Source: the human T2T-CHM13v2.0 reference genome, Homo sapiens. From it: DNA of 64,000 bases. Under the pieces are notes generated by a model. That model did not search any database. It worked only from the letters and a program-made list of their open reading frames with translations, and had not been told where the DNA came from. Positions within the stretch are counted from its first letter, which is position 1, and each line of letters opens with the position of its first letter. Of this stretch, positions 1-14,566 are shown piece after piece. Location: the NCBI RefSeq assembly GCF_009914755.1, contig NC_060942.1; one strand, written 5' to 3'. The translations under genes and the position numbers were made by a program.

Positions 1-1137
1 AAATAAAAGAATACCATATGTAACGGTTAAAAAGAAGACTGAGTTATGCTGTTAAGGACAAAAAGCAAGTACAGGATAAAACGTGTAGTATGATTGCATC
101 TATAATTATTAAAACTATATATAAGTGCACAATGCAAGGTCTGAAAAGATAAACAGCAATTTGGTATCACTGGCACTTTTGGAGGTAGGTTGCTATCCTT
201 GTAAACCCCCTACTAGAATAACTTGAGGATGTGGGAGGAAGGGCCTTTTTCACCCTTACATTACATGACCCTACCACCTTTGCCCTGCTCCTCAGGTATA
301 AGCCTGATCCAAAGTGGACCACATCTTTCTTCTAGAAACTTGAAATTTGAAGTGGCTCAAAGACTGAAAATTGCTGGACTAGGGTTATATCAAAAGCAAT
401 GCTTTCTAGAGGCTTTAAAACATTTGCTCTTAAATTCCCTGGAGCTTCTGCCACTTCTTGTTCTATTATACTAAAGTATAATACTAAAGTATTATAGAAC
501 ATATTATAATACTTTATTATAATATGTTATTATAATATGTTCTATAAAATATAAAATATATATTTATATTATGTATTATATAATATATATGTTCTATAAA
601 ATATTATAATACTTTAGTATTACAGAACAAGATCCTTCAACTAAATAATACATTTCTCTTTCTCTGGCTATACTACCTAGCAACAGGTTCTATCTTTTCC
701 AAATTTTAATTTGTATGGTATAAAAGTAGGATAGGATGGGATAAGAAGGTGAAGATAGGAAGAAGGTGAAATACTGCTTTTTATTCAGATGCTTCTACAT
801 TGCTTAAGTTTTTTTATAAGCATTCATTCACAAATTATTTTTTATAACTTATGAAAAAGAGTCACTCATTTTTAAAATCAGAGTGGATTTTTTAGAAGTA
901 TTTTTCCCAATTTCCATTAATATTTTGAGGGTTATATTTTATAGCCTGGCTATGACTTAATGGCAATTTGCATGATTGCCTTACATTGTGAATTAAATAT
1001 ATTTAACACTAGCTTAATAATAATTTAAAAGTATAGTTCAATGTAATATCAAAAACCTCAGAGCCTAAAATTAATTTACTCAGAATATTTGCTCATATAG
1101 ATAAATTAAGTCCATGAAATTTTAAAAAGTGAAATAC

Positions 1138-1292
1138 CTCCAACAGTGGCATTTCTTCTGTGATTATGGGATCTAAACGTCGATCAGGGCCATATTTAAC
1201 AGATGTTTTCTCTTCTTTTGTGTTGTTAAGTCGAGGACCTTGAATTTCTAAATCCTGCTTCCCTCGGACTGACATACTCAAGGAATATTTTC
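1138..1292 (-). CDS. TRAPPC8: TRAPPC8 coding exon (probably exon 19), 155 nt, (G)KYSLSMSVRGKQDLEIQGPRLNNTKEEK...EEMPLLE
   Basis: Acceptor tatttcag|GA; donor GAG|gtattt; inside ORF 1093..1308. Confidence 0.95.
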
Positions 1293-3359
1293 CTGAAATA
1301 AAAAACAATCAATGCCCTAAAATAATTTGGTATGTTAACTGACATCAATTTAACTTGAATATGTGAATATTGTAAGTTTCAGATTATTTCTAGAAAAATT
1401 CTAGACAATTTTGATTAACATGATTAATCAAAGAATTTAGTATATTTTCATTCCATGTTTAACACCAACTAAGGTATGCTACTTAATTTCTCACTTGGTT
1501 TTAGATATACTTTGCAAAAAAAGACTACACATTACTCAATAGGAAGCCCTCTGAAATCTGTATTTAACCATGTGCCTATTAACTAACAAAACCTGAGAGA
1601 ATAATTATCTTAGGTCCAACAATTTAATTTAGGCCATGAGAACGGTATCTATTCACAAAGAAAAGAAGTGGAAAACAATGAAAAGGTCAACTTTTTACTT
1701 TTACTCATATTCAAATATATACACTAATTTGAATTATTTCTGGAATATAAATAACTGAATCTTCTCAAGAGACTGCACAAAGAAAATTAAATACAGTAGA
1801 GTTTTCTCAAAATTAAACTTGTTTAATATTCATGTGAAATTTTTCCCAAAAGCTTCCATGTAGTGCATGTATGTGTGAAAAAAGCTAGAGTATACAACTA
1901 TCTTTCTTGCAGGACTACTTAAAGCCTTTAATGTGCCGAAGGTCACTGTAATAATCTCAAGCCAGATATAAAATGTATTGATTCCCACACTTCATGTGAC
2001 CCAAATCCTTATTAGCATTTTACATAATAATGAGCTATACTAAATCATGAAAACTCTGCTTAGAAGATAGGATTTTAACAGTTAATTCAGTCTCTTCCCA
2101 TTAATATTATACAATAACATATAAAGTATTTTTTAATGCATATATTTGGTGCCTTAAATAAAACAACTACCTATATTTTACTGACAACCATAAATTTGTG
2201 TACTAGATTAAGATCCTAGTTACATACAAGTGGGAAAAGAAAGGAGATTCAAAAAGCTGTTAATATCCAGTTATCTTGCTTTAAAAATGCAATAAATTAG
2301 CATTTTTAAATTATAAATAATTTAAATTATAAATTATATAAATTATAAATAAACTTTGTCTGGTTCTTGTCAACCAAAAAATACAAATACAGTACTAAAA
2401 TGCAGAATACCTTACTCAATTTTAGTGCAAATTTTTTTCTTTAGTAAAATGTTTTTAGTTTCTATGGATTCATTTCACTTATTTTTCTTAAATGGTGTAC
2501 TGAATTATCCTAGATACCCAGGGCAAGTATATTTAATTGAAAGTTAAAAGAACCAACAAATTTTCCAAGTGTTCCCACTTTCTCAATGTTAATAATCAGC
2601 TTTTGTAAATGCTAAATTCATGTTTGTCAAGGACTATTCAACTTAATTTGTTGTAAAATAAGACATATCTATTAAAATGAGCCAGAAGTAGGAAGTTTCA
2701 TGGTAAACTCCCTCTCCTAGCATCTTTTCAACTTGAACTCAAATAACTACACACAGTAATTACATGGTAATGTTAAATCTTGAAGGGTTCCCTGAGTTTA
2801 AAAAACAAAGAAAACTATGTTAAATGCACATATCGTGTAGTTTTCCTCTTCAAAAATGTGTAGAACATACTGTATAGTGCACCAAGAATATCAGATTAAC
2901 ACTAAAGCCCTACTCTTTCAAGACAGAAGATAGAACTTAAGGTATTTAATATCCAGTGATGTGAAAACATAGGTCTTTAATTTGTTCCATGTTTTATAAA
3001 AAGGAAATATTCAAAAAAAAAAGAACATATTAAGATGGTTTTTATATTGGCAGCAGACAATCAATGGTTAGAATTTATTTGGTTAGAATTTACTAAATTT
3101 GGATCAGTGACAGAAAAAAATACAGTCTAAAAATTAACAAAAGAAAATATATCAGAAGGGAATCAAGTTGTTTACTTTTGACGCTAGAGATGATGTTAGA
3201 AGTTAAAATAATCTAAATTTGTCATTCTTACATCTGGCTAAATGTCTTTACTTAACGATACATTAAACCTATTTAGAAAATACATCATTTTTGTCCATTT
3301 TATTCTATGGAGTGATTTAAGAAAGTTTTCTAATTGTTTACCAATGCTATAGCCTTTAC

Positions 3360-3486
3360 CTGTGTGACATCCGGGAAGAGCACCAATGCCATCTACTGTC
3401 ATAGAGCCCTGAATAGTGCCAAGATTATAAACAACTCCCAGAATATGCAGCTCCCCTATGTGATGGGGAAAGAGCTTTAGTCTTGC
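3360..3486 (-). CDS. TRAPPC8: TRAPPC8 coding exon (probably exon 18), 127 nt, ARLKLFPHHIGELHILGVVYNLGTIQGSMTVDGIGALPGCHT(G)
   Basis: Acceptor ctccacag|GCA; donor ACAG|gtaaag; phase 0 to 1. Confidence 0.95.
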
Positions 3487-3912
3487 CTGTGGAGATATTT
3501 AAGTCAGTCTTATTATGTTTTCATAATATCTTAAATAGCACAATACCTAATTCTATAATGTTGCAAAAACATAAACTCATGACCTAAACTTTTAAAATGC
3601 CAATTAATTTATGAAAAGCATCTTCTTCAAAAGAAAATGTCTAAATTTAACAATTATAGGCCTAAACCCTCAATAATAACTTTTCATAAAAAGCATATCA
3701 AGAAGAAAGCAACAGGCTTCTCAGGAAACTAACAAATCAAAGACCACTGCAAACCACCAATTTCCTCCTGAGCAATTCCTATGTCCTAATCTTCCAAATT
3801 TTAGTTCTTAAGAAAACTAGAATATAAAATAAACTGAATAAAGATTATTTAAAAATTTGTTTTCACCTTACTTTCAGAAAGGCATAAAGCAGAGAAATGA
3901 TAAAATAATTAC

Positions 3913-3987
3913 CACTTTTGATTCTTCGCCATTAATTAAGAACTCTGAAATAACTTCAGCTCCAATCATTTCAGGTTCACTTGTAAC
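3913..3987 (-). CDS. TRAPPC8: TRAPPC8 coding exon (probably exon 17), 75 nt, VTSEPEMIGAEVISEFLINGEESKV
   Basis: Acceptor ttttttag|GTT; donor GTG|gtaatt; phase 0 to 0. Confidence 0.95.
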
Positions 3988-4256
3988 CTAAAAAATAAAT
4001 TTCATAAATTATACATTCCAATGAACAAAGTATCAGATTATTAACACTCCTATATATCAATACTTCAAAAAAATAACACTAATTAAAGTCTGCATTTACT
4101 TGGTTTTTACCACATGCTGAGCTCTACACAAAGTGTTTTTATTTCCACAACTAGAGTAGACCCAGGCTGTAGTAGGCACTCAATATATATTTTTTTCATT
4201 TTGTTCAGTCCAATTCAACTGAGAAGGATAAGCAATCGATTCAAAGATGCCACTAT

Positions 4257-4403
<147 letters not shown>

Positions 4404-5135
4404 TCAAAGATACCGCCACCAAGATAATAAAACCCTGAGAGAAAATACCTAGCTGCTCATAGTCAACAATGGCCAAATGGTCATTTAATTTAATCTTACA
4501 ATAATAGCAAATTTCTTCTTTTGCTCTGACCAGCCTCTTTTTCAAAATTGGTCAATTACATAGAAAAGATAATGGTGGGCTAAGCATGATAAAGAAAGAC
4601 AGGTAGACAATAACAGCAGTGGGAGAGAAGGGAAAAAGGCCTGTTTCCCCCAAAGCAATGACATTTCTCTGGTCATGTAGCAAAGCAGAGCTAATTGGCT
4701 CATACTGGAGATAAACCTGATCCTCATAAACGCTATTATACTTTCACCATGACATTATTTAGCACAAGAAACAAAAAACTCCCTACATTCCAGTTCAGCA
4801 TCTTAGTCCATCACCATCTTAGTCCATTTTCTTCATTTCTTAGTCATGAAAAAATCCAGAGTTTGCAATTTATAGAAAAATATTATTTTAAGAAACACTT
4901 CATCATACAAATGAAAATATTCACTTAACTTTAAACCTCCTTTAAAATCTCCCATATTGAACAGACTAATATACTTAAAAAGCTAATAAATCTTTTTAAA
5001 AAACGTTTCCAAGTTTAACCGCTCATACTGAGTATTCCAGGCACCCAAAAGATTAGAAAAATTGCAGAAGTTGCTAAAATTCAAGTCAGAATACAGCCTG
5101 GGAAATCTCATTCAAATTATTAACAATGAATATAA

Positions 5136-5430
<295 letters not shown>

Positions 5431-6317
5431 GCAAGACTTAAAATAAGGCAATCTTGAAAAAATCAAAACACTTGAGCACCAAAATGCTGGGTTATTTCCC
5501 AGTTCCAAAATCCTTTTTTTTTTTTTGCCACATTATTAAAGCATTTAGCAAGGTAGTATAAAAAAAGCAAGTTATATGATAGATACTGGTGACTAAACTA
5601 ATAAATTAGTAAGTAAATATATCTATTTGTCCAAGTTATTTCATTTACAGTCAGGTGGGTATTAATAAAGAAACTATTTGGCCACATCATTTCTGCTTCA
5701 AAATTAAGTATCTTAGATACATAAAGGACTTATTAGACACGGAAATGAAAAGAAAAAAATATAAATGAGGTTTTGAATAGGCAATTCACAAAAGAGGAAA
5801 AACAAAGAGTTTCAACTTCACCAGCAATCAATGAAATGGAAAATAAAACAGTTAAGATGGCATTTTAAAAATATCAAATCAACAAAGTTTTTAAGTTAAT
5901 ACTGCTTACTGTCATAAAGATTAGACACCCAAACCCATATGCTGCTTAGTAAGAAGCTCATTGGTATGAACTTTTATGAAACCAGCAGGGCACTACAATA
6001 CTTTTCCCTAAAATCTTCACTTCATGCCCTGGAATCTTCCCCACAAAAATAATCTAAAGGTAAAAAGCCACACACAAAAAAGTGCACCACAGTATTACCG
6101 TGATAGTCAACAAATGGAAACTTGCCAAAAAACTATCAAAGATAGTAAAATAGCTTATGAATCACTCATATGATGGAATATTATGCAAAAATAAAATATT
6201 AAGACACTTTGATATCAGAATACGCCTATAAAACAACACAGAATGTAAAAAGCAACATACACAGTATGAAGGAATCCCAAATATGTGGGAAAAACATACA
6301 AATGAAAATAACTGGAA

Positions 6318-6706
<389 letters not shown>

Positions 6707-6882
6707 TTATGTTTTTATGTATTTTCAATTTTCAAAAATAAGTACATATCATAATTTTTATAACTAAGGAAAAATAAACCAAAAAGAAGTATAGCTCACT
6801 GAACAGAGTACATTGAAATGTTACTACAGCATTTGTTAGGCTGTAGCTGAAACATAATTACAAATACCTTTTAATAACTTAC

Positions 6883-7013
6883 TAGTTGTTTAACTTCTTC
6901 ATTATCCTTTCCACTGAAATCTTTAGGATGAAACTTCCAAAGCAATGACAAATCAGTCAACAAAAGTAGAACTTTCAAAGGGTTTCTAAAAGCCACTTCC
7001 ACTGTAATTGGTT
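6883..7013 (-). CDS. TRAPPC8: TRAPPC8 coding exon (probably exon 16), 131 nt, (E)PITVEVAFRNPLKVLLLLTDLSLLWKFHPKDFSGKDNEEVKQL
   Basis: Acceptor ttaatag|AACC; donor CTA|gtaagt; phase 1 to 0. Confidence 0.95.
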
Positions 7014-7436
7014 CTATTAAAAAAAAGGCCTAAATTAATAACTTTAATAAACATCACACCTCATTCTCAGCTTCGATCTTCTAAATGCATCTTGCTTTCA
7101 TAGCTCTGCATTTCTGCCTAGACTGTCCTTTATTACCTTATAAATGTCCACGTATTCAGGATTCTGTTGTAATACTACATTACCTCCTTGAAAAGATTTC
7201 CCCAATTTCTCTGTACTAAAGAATGCCATTCCCTCTTGTATATTCCAACATCACATTGCAAATAGCTGTAGAAGAGTCCCCCTTGTCTGGTTTTATAAAT
7301 GCAGCTCAGTAAATTATGAGTTCCTAATTTATTTTTGCATCCCCAGCACCAATTATGTGTGCCAAACAATAAATTATCTTCATCATGCTGTAAGTAAAAC
7401 AAATAAAAAACAGAAATAAAAATTCAAGTATATCAC

Positions 7437-7631
7437 CTTCTACAACTGCAAGTGGAAATCTTGAATTATCTGAGTAACTGTTCAAACAGTATTGTGTGGG
7501 ATGAAAATTGGATGGAATTACTCCTTTGTTAACCACAGAAACAACTTGTTCCTCAAGTTCTCGCCACTGCTGAGAGGATTCAGAATCATATTCTTGATCA
7601 AGACTTACATGAGTAGCTGCTTGTTTTTCAC
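7437..7631 (-). CDS. TRAPPC8: TRAPPC8 coding exon (probably exon 15), 195 nt, (G)EKQAATHVSLDQEYDSESSQQW...FPLAVVE(E)
   Basis: Acceptor tttttttag|GT; donor GAAG|gtgata; inside ORF 7324..7686. Confidence 0.95.
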
Positions 7632-8495
7632 CTAAAAAAAATTTGTTAACAACACGTTTATGAAGACTTGCCCTCAAATAAAACATATTTTAAATAGACA
7701 TAAGGTACAGAAATAAAAAAATATATATATATACATTCACTCTTGCCTATTTCTAATTCTGAGTGAAAAATATCCTCTCATTAATCCTAGCTTATCTGGA
7801 TTTTGCTTATAATACTGATGTTCTTTTCCTCCTGACTCTGAAAGAATGTATTTTCCCTCGTGTCCACAAGCAATTTTTATATAAAACATTTCAAATATAC
7901 AGAAAAGGCATGGAGACTAATATAACAAATATTTGTATACTAAAATTTAACAAATGTCAACTTTCACCTATGATCCCAAATATTTTTAATAAAAAAAAAA
8001 CATCACAGATAGAGTCGATGTCCTCTCTGCACCACCCCCAATCTTATTACTCTCCTTCGCCCCCACTGGCATCACTTCTTCCCAGAGGTATTCCAAAGTT
8101 AAAGTGTATCATTTTCATCCATGATTTTACCACATAAGTATATCTAAAAAATGCATAAAATTAGTTTTTATGTTTGAAACTTATACTGTAATTGACTCTT
8201 CACTCAGCATCAAGTTGTGGGAAATGTAGAATTAGCATGAATTCTCATGTACTGCAGCATGAATCCATTATGTGAATATACAAAACCATATCAATTAATC
8301 CTCTATTAGGAATTCTATTTCTTTCACTCTTTTGCTACTACAAACAATGCTACTATGAATATGACAATTTAAAAAAAAAATACTAAATCGTATCTCAAGG
8401 AGAAACGTTGATTAAATTCAAATATAAGAATGTTTAGAATGACAAAGTTTAACAGCCATCGAGAGCTTTAAAATATATGCATTTATATAAAATAT

Positions 8496-8750
8496 ATTTG
8501 TATAGATTTAGGGGGTACAAGTTATGTTTTGTTATACAGACATATTTTCTTGGTGGCAAAGTCTGGGCTTTTCGTGTAGCCATCACCCAAATAGTATACA
8601 TTGTACCCATAAGTAATTTCTCATCCTTCATTCCCTACCCTCCCAAGTCTCAATGTCTATGTGTACACATTATTTAGCTCCAACCCCAGTTATCGATGGG
8701 AGCATGTAGTATTTGACTTTCTGTTTCTGAGTTATTTAATGTAAGATAAT
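8496..8750 (-). mobile_element. L1 3' end fragment (L1MA-like)
   Basis: gatttagggggtacaag...catcacccaaatagtatacattgtacccataag...tatttgactttctgtttctgagttattt is the reverse of an L1MA 3' UTR. Confidence 0.75.
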
Positions 8751-8953
8751 GAAGAGCTTAATATATTTATACTTTTGTTCCATTATTGCCATTCTAGGGT
8801 TCAATCCTAAATAAATCATCCTGCATTTAAAAAAAAGTCTTACAAGAACAGCAGAACATTGGTAACTGTTCTTTACTTCTATGTACATTTGAAAATTTCC
8901 ATAAGACATTTAAAAAACAAATTTTATCTACAAAGATGTCCATCACAATACGA

Positions 8954-9828
8954 TTTTTTTTTTTTGAGACAGTCTTGCTGGAGCGCAGTGGCGAGATCTC
9001 GGCTACTGCAACCTCCGCCTCCTGGGTTCAAGCGATTCTCCTGATTCAGCCTCCCGAGTAGCTGGGACTACAGGCGCATGCCACCACGCCCAGCTAGTTT
9101 TTTGTATTTTTAGTAGAGACAGGGTTTCACCATGTTGGCCAGGATGGTCTCAATCTCTTGACCTCATGATCTGCCCGTCTTGGCCTCCCAAAGTGCTGGG
9201 ATTACAGGTGTGAGCCACCACACCCGGCCACAATATAATTTTATATAAGCAAAAGATGGAAACAGTCTATATATATCAAGTGGATGTTAAAATAAAGTAC
9301 TTTATAAGCACTGAATAGAATATTTTACTAACATTAAACGTTTATGAAGATTATATAATAACAAAAGCATTCTTTAAGTGAGAAAAGCTGTTGTAATTAC
9401 AACTGTTTTGTTTTCATTTCATTGTTTTTAGTTTTTAAAGCTGGAAAGAGAAACACCAAAATAGTAGTTATCTTCAGGTGACAGGACAAAAGAAGTAATA
9501 GAGAGCTATTCATTTTCCTTTTTTTTTTTTTTTTTTTTTTTTTTTTGAGACAAAGTTTCACTCTGTCGCCCAGGCTGGAGTGCAGTGTCGTGATCTCAGC
9601 TCACTGCAACCTCCGCCTCCCGGGTTCACGCCATTCTCCTACCTCAGCCTCTTGAGTTGATGGGACTACAAGCATGTGCCACCACGCCCAGCTAATTTTT
9701 TGTATTTTTAGTAGAGATGGGGTTTCACCATGTTAGCCAGGATGGTCTCGATCTCCTGACCTCATGATCTGCCGGCCTCAGCCTCCCAAAGTGCTGGGAT
9801 TACAGGCATGAGCCAATCGTACCCGGCT
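8954..9828 (-). mobile_element. Two minus-strand Alus (about 8954-9228 and 9519-9828)
   Basis: Reverse Alu consensus with poly(T) heads and flanking direct repeats. Confidence 0.92.
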
Positions 9829-9940
9829 GAGCTATTAATTTTCAAATATTCAACTATACATCGTTTTTTAAATGGAGAAAGGAAAAGAAGTTTTTTTTAA
9901 ATTGTCATTAGGTAATTAGGCTAAATAAAACTTTACTAAC

Positions 9941-10049
9941 CATCCGCTGGTCGTCTGTCATGGCCAAAAAAAACCCGTGTTGCTGAACTGTTAATATACG
10001 GTAAAGGAAGCTGTGGCAAAGGACCATCTGGTGACAGCTGACTTACATT
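9941..10049 (-). CDS. TRAPPC8: TRAPPC8 coding exon (probably exon 14), 109 nt, NVSQLSPDGPLPQLPLPYINSSATRVFFGHDRRPAD(G)
   Basis: Acceptor tctctcag|AAT; donor GATG|gttagt; phase 0 to 1. Confidence 0.95.
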
Positions 10050-10990
10050 CTGAGAGAAATATAAAAGGGAAAAAAAGTAGTTTTTGTGAAAATGGTATTT
10101 TTATTTGTTTCCTCGTTTCTTAATACACAAGGCATTAAAAATATGTTAAGCAAGAATATTAAGATATGTAATTACTAGTTTTATTTCTCATATCAGTCAT
10201 AAAATTTTACAACTCAGAAGCACTTCAGATATTTATTCTGCCTCAAAAGAATCTTACTGAGGTTACTCAGCTAATTACCTGGATGTTAAATATGCAAAAC
10301 TTATTTTAGTAAGCGTTTTACTTCTTATGACTCATTATAGCATCCTATCTGCCAAAATTCTAACCCATATAATTTCAAATTAATAAAGTCTAGACCCTAA
10401 AGGTAGTTATTTTCTGCACGATAGATATAATATGCACTATTCATAGGCCTTGGGAAAAAATTTACAACTTCCCATTTTTTCCATAAAACAATGCTTTATA
10501 TGTTTATCTGCTTGCCTCAGTGAAACAGTCCTTCTTCCTGTTAATTTTTCTCCATTGCACCATAATAGCCTGTCTACTTTCCACAGATCCATACCCCCTC
10601 ATCTTTCACAAGGAAAAGAACATAGAATGTCCATCTCCAAAGGATGGTAAAGAGAACCCACTTAAAACCAACTGTAAAATCAGTTGTGAGTCTATAAAAG
10701 CATGATGAATAAAGAATCCAGAAAACCTGTGGAATCTTTTTTTTTTTTAAGATTCTAAGAACAGCCACAAATCAAGTGTTCATTGTAATATTAAAATTCT
10801 CTTTTCAAGAACTGTGGAAGGGGCAATGTAACCAAGATCTATAGCCAAAAAGCCTAGCCTGCCACAGCTTTTTTATGACTGATAACTACATATATTCTAA
10901 TAAAACTATCGTAAGATATGGTAATAAATAAATACTTTCACACTAAAATACAGTTTTAATATCTATTCCTGAATGAAAATAAGCAGTCAC

Positions 10991-11215
10991 CTTGTAAACA
11001 TAAAGATATTCTCTGAGGAAAGCCCCCTGTTGAGCAGCAGATTGTTTACTTTCATTAATTAGAATATGCCTAAAAGCAGACACAGCATTATCCAGCTGTC
11101 TAAGAGTATAGGACTGGCGCCCAATAGTGAAATTAATGTGATCCTCTGCAAGAGACCAGCCTTTTCCTTTGTAAACTTGCATGGCTTGACAATAACAGCG
11201 TAAAGCATGCTTTTT
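10991..11215 (-). CDS. TRAPPC8: TRAPPC8 coding exon (probably exon 13), 225 nt, KKHALRCYCQAMQVYKGKGW...REYLYVYK
   Basis: Acceptor ttcttacag|AAA; donor AAG|gtgact; inside ORF 10943..11233. Confidence 0.95.
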
Positions 11216-11895
11216 CTGTAAGAAAATAAACAAAATAATGTATTATACTCCAAATTTGTTTGAACTAGAAAAAACAAATACAAACACACACATAGAAACA
11301 ATTAAGTAACTGGTTCTTCCTCTAAGGGGGACTGGGATAATGAAGAAAATAAAACTAACATTTATGATAATCCCTTCACAATTATATATGGAATGATATA
11401 GATAAAGTTACCTGAGCCATTGTGTGTGTGCGTTAGATAGGAGTAGGGTACCTAAAGGAAGAAAAGGGAGGCCAGACTGCTTTGACATTTACCCACTACT
11501 TCTCTGAGCCACAATTTCAAAACGTCAACTTCAGAGGAAAGAGCTTACTTCTCAACTTGACTTTATCTACCTTAAATTCTTTCTGGAAAAAGGCAAGGGA
11601 TATGTAAACAAACTTCAACATTTAAAATGGTCAGATTTCACTAATATGATGATGAAAAAAATGTTCTCATACTTTAACTAGAAGCATGCTATGTCTACAA
11701 AGAGTTTCTCCATATTAAGTAAAACAATAAACACATTTATCAAAGTTTTTTCTTGCCTACGATCAGAGACTTACATTGAATGTATGTGGCCACATATGCC
11801 ACAGTTTTCCACAGTACAAATAATATATAATAATATATATAGTAGTATATATAATAATATATAAATAAACTTTTTTTTTCTATATTAAAAATTCA

Positions 11896-12324
11896 CATAC
11901 TGGACCAACCATGCTGATCCCAGCCTGCCTGCCTGCCTGCCTGCCTGCCAGAACTCACTGGCCAGTGTTGTGACCACTGAAAGGTTATGCCTCACACGGT
12001 TCAAATAAAGCAGTGGGCTAGGACAGCAGCACAGTAAACACTGCCTGGGCAAGACATGACGGGGTTCTCTGCCAGCATCAGGTGCTACCACAGCCTCCTT
12101 TTCAAGGTGCTGTTGGCAAGTGTCAGGGCATACTTCCTGGTATTCAGTGCATTTACTGCAGGACTTAAGAAGAGCAAGAGATTAATAATATACCAGAATG
12201 ATATACAAGATGTGTGTTCAAAATGGAAAATTGCAAGGAATGCCAAAATCTTACAAGTATTGCAATAAGAATGCAATATTTGTGGCAATAAACATCATCA
12301 ATGTAAAAAATCAAAAGAGGTACA
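11896..12324 (+). pseudogene. FAM76A-derived processed pseudogene, 5' segment (probable UTR plus N-terminal Cys-rich coding region, ATG at 12056)
   Basis: Decayed translation MTGFSASIRCYHSLLFKVL / QCIYCRT*EEQE / IYKMCVQNGKLQGMPKSYKYCNKNAIF / GNKHHQCKKS parallels FAM76A MAALYACTKCHQRFPFEAL / KCTYCRTEYQQE / [27 protein letters not shown] / GNKCQRCTNS (recalled); stops and frameshifts; 5' boundary approximate. Confidence 0.82.
11923..11949. repeat. (GCCT)n tetranucleotide repeat
   Basis: gcctgcctgcctgcctgcctgcctgcc read directly. Confidence 0.93.
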
Positions 12325-12690
12325 CAGAAAGACAGATCCTGCATGTTCTCACTCATATGTGGGAGCTAAAACAGTGGATTTCATGAAAATAGAGAGTGGA
12401 CTGGTGGTTACCAAAGGCCAGGGAGAGTGGGTGATAGAGAATGAAGTTGATTAATGGGTACAAATACATGGTTTGATAGAAGAAATAAGACCTAGCGTTA
12501 GACAGATCAGCAGGGTGACTATAGTTTACAACCATCTACTCTACATTTCAAAATAGAGAATTTGAATGGTTCTAAGGTGATGGATATCCCAAGTTCACTG
12601 ACTTGATCTTTATAAATTATATGAATGTATGAAATTATCACGTATTATACCCCAAACTATGTATGTTTATTATGTATCAATTTTTTTAAA
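12325..12690 (+). mobile_element. 5'-truncated L1 3' end, L1MA-like (resembles L1MA5A/6)
   Basis: gcatgttctcactcatatgtgggagctaaaa...ggtgatggatatcccaag...tatgtatcaa typical L1MA 3' UTR. Confidence 0.8.
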
Positions 12691-12720
12691 AGGAGAGTAT
12701 TTTCTTCAAGATCGCTTACA

Positions 12721-13023
12721 GCCGGGAGGGGTGGCTCACGCCTGTAATCCCAGCACTTTGGAAGGCTGAGGCGGGCAGATCATGAGGTCAGGAGATTGAG
12801 ACCATCCTGGCTATCATGGTGAAACACTGTCTCTACTAAAAATACAAAAAATTAGCCGGGCATGGTGGCGGGCGCCTGAAGTCCCAGCTACTCAGGAGGC
12901 TGAGGCAAGAGAATGGCATAAACCTAGGAGGCGGAGCTTACAGTAAGCCAAGATTGTGCCACTGCACTCCAGCCTGGGCTACACTGCGAGACTCCATCTC
13001 AAAAAAAAAAAAAAAAAAAAAAA
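12721..13023 (+). mobile_element. Alu (Y-like) inserted at the L1 5' end
   Basis: TSD aagatc(g/a)cttac at 12708-12719 and 13022-13033. Confidence 0.93.
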
Positions 13024-13841
13024 GATCACTTACTAGGGACCTCAGATCCTCAGATGCCAGTTCTCCTCAGAAAGATCAAAGTAACTAATTATCCAAACAG
13101 AAAACTGAGAAAAGACAGCCAGGATATGATGAAGAACCCATGGAAAGAAACTAGAGTGCAGGAAAGAAAAACAACAAGAGTTTGGCAGGGATCGAGTGCT
13201 GAGGAACACAAAACCCCATGGAAAGGGTAAGTGGGAGTACTTCTCTGCTGCCCTCACCCCTCTGACCATCTGTTCACCATCCAACTGATGGGGAGTCCCT
13301 CTGCCCTCATGATGCAGGACAACACTAACAGTGGCAGTTTGAGAACGTCCCAGGGACAAGGATGTGGGTGGCCAGCTCACACAGGCATGCCCGCCCTCCT
13401 TTCAGGCCTGAACTGAGACAGGAGATACCACTGCCCTGCCCAGGAAATCTCTGCTCTTGAGTCACCACCGCACCACCAGATCCCTAACATATTCACAACT
13501 GCTGTGACATTAGCAAGTTTAGGAGACCAGTGGGTCCCCAGAGAAGGTGTGAGACCCATGGAGATGTAACCGTTAATTTAGGCTGCCCCTAGGGGAAGGG
13601 GGGACAGTAGCCTGCCAAAGCCCCACCTTGAGACAAAGGTAATGCAAGCAAGCAACAATCGCTGAAGTGGGCAGCCCCAGCGGCTGGAAATGAACATGAA
13701 GAGGGGATCATTTCCCGCCCACCCCATCCACTGTTGTGAACACAGGAGAGGTTCTCCCTGCTGGGAGCTGGCAGACGTGTCCTTGGGGAAAGCACTTTTC
13801 ATGCTTTTTGTGGTGGCTCCATCACAGCTAAAAGTGAGCCT

Positions 13842-14566
<725 letters not shown>

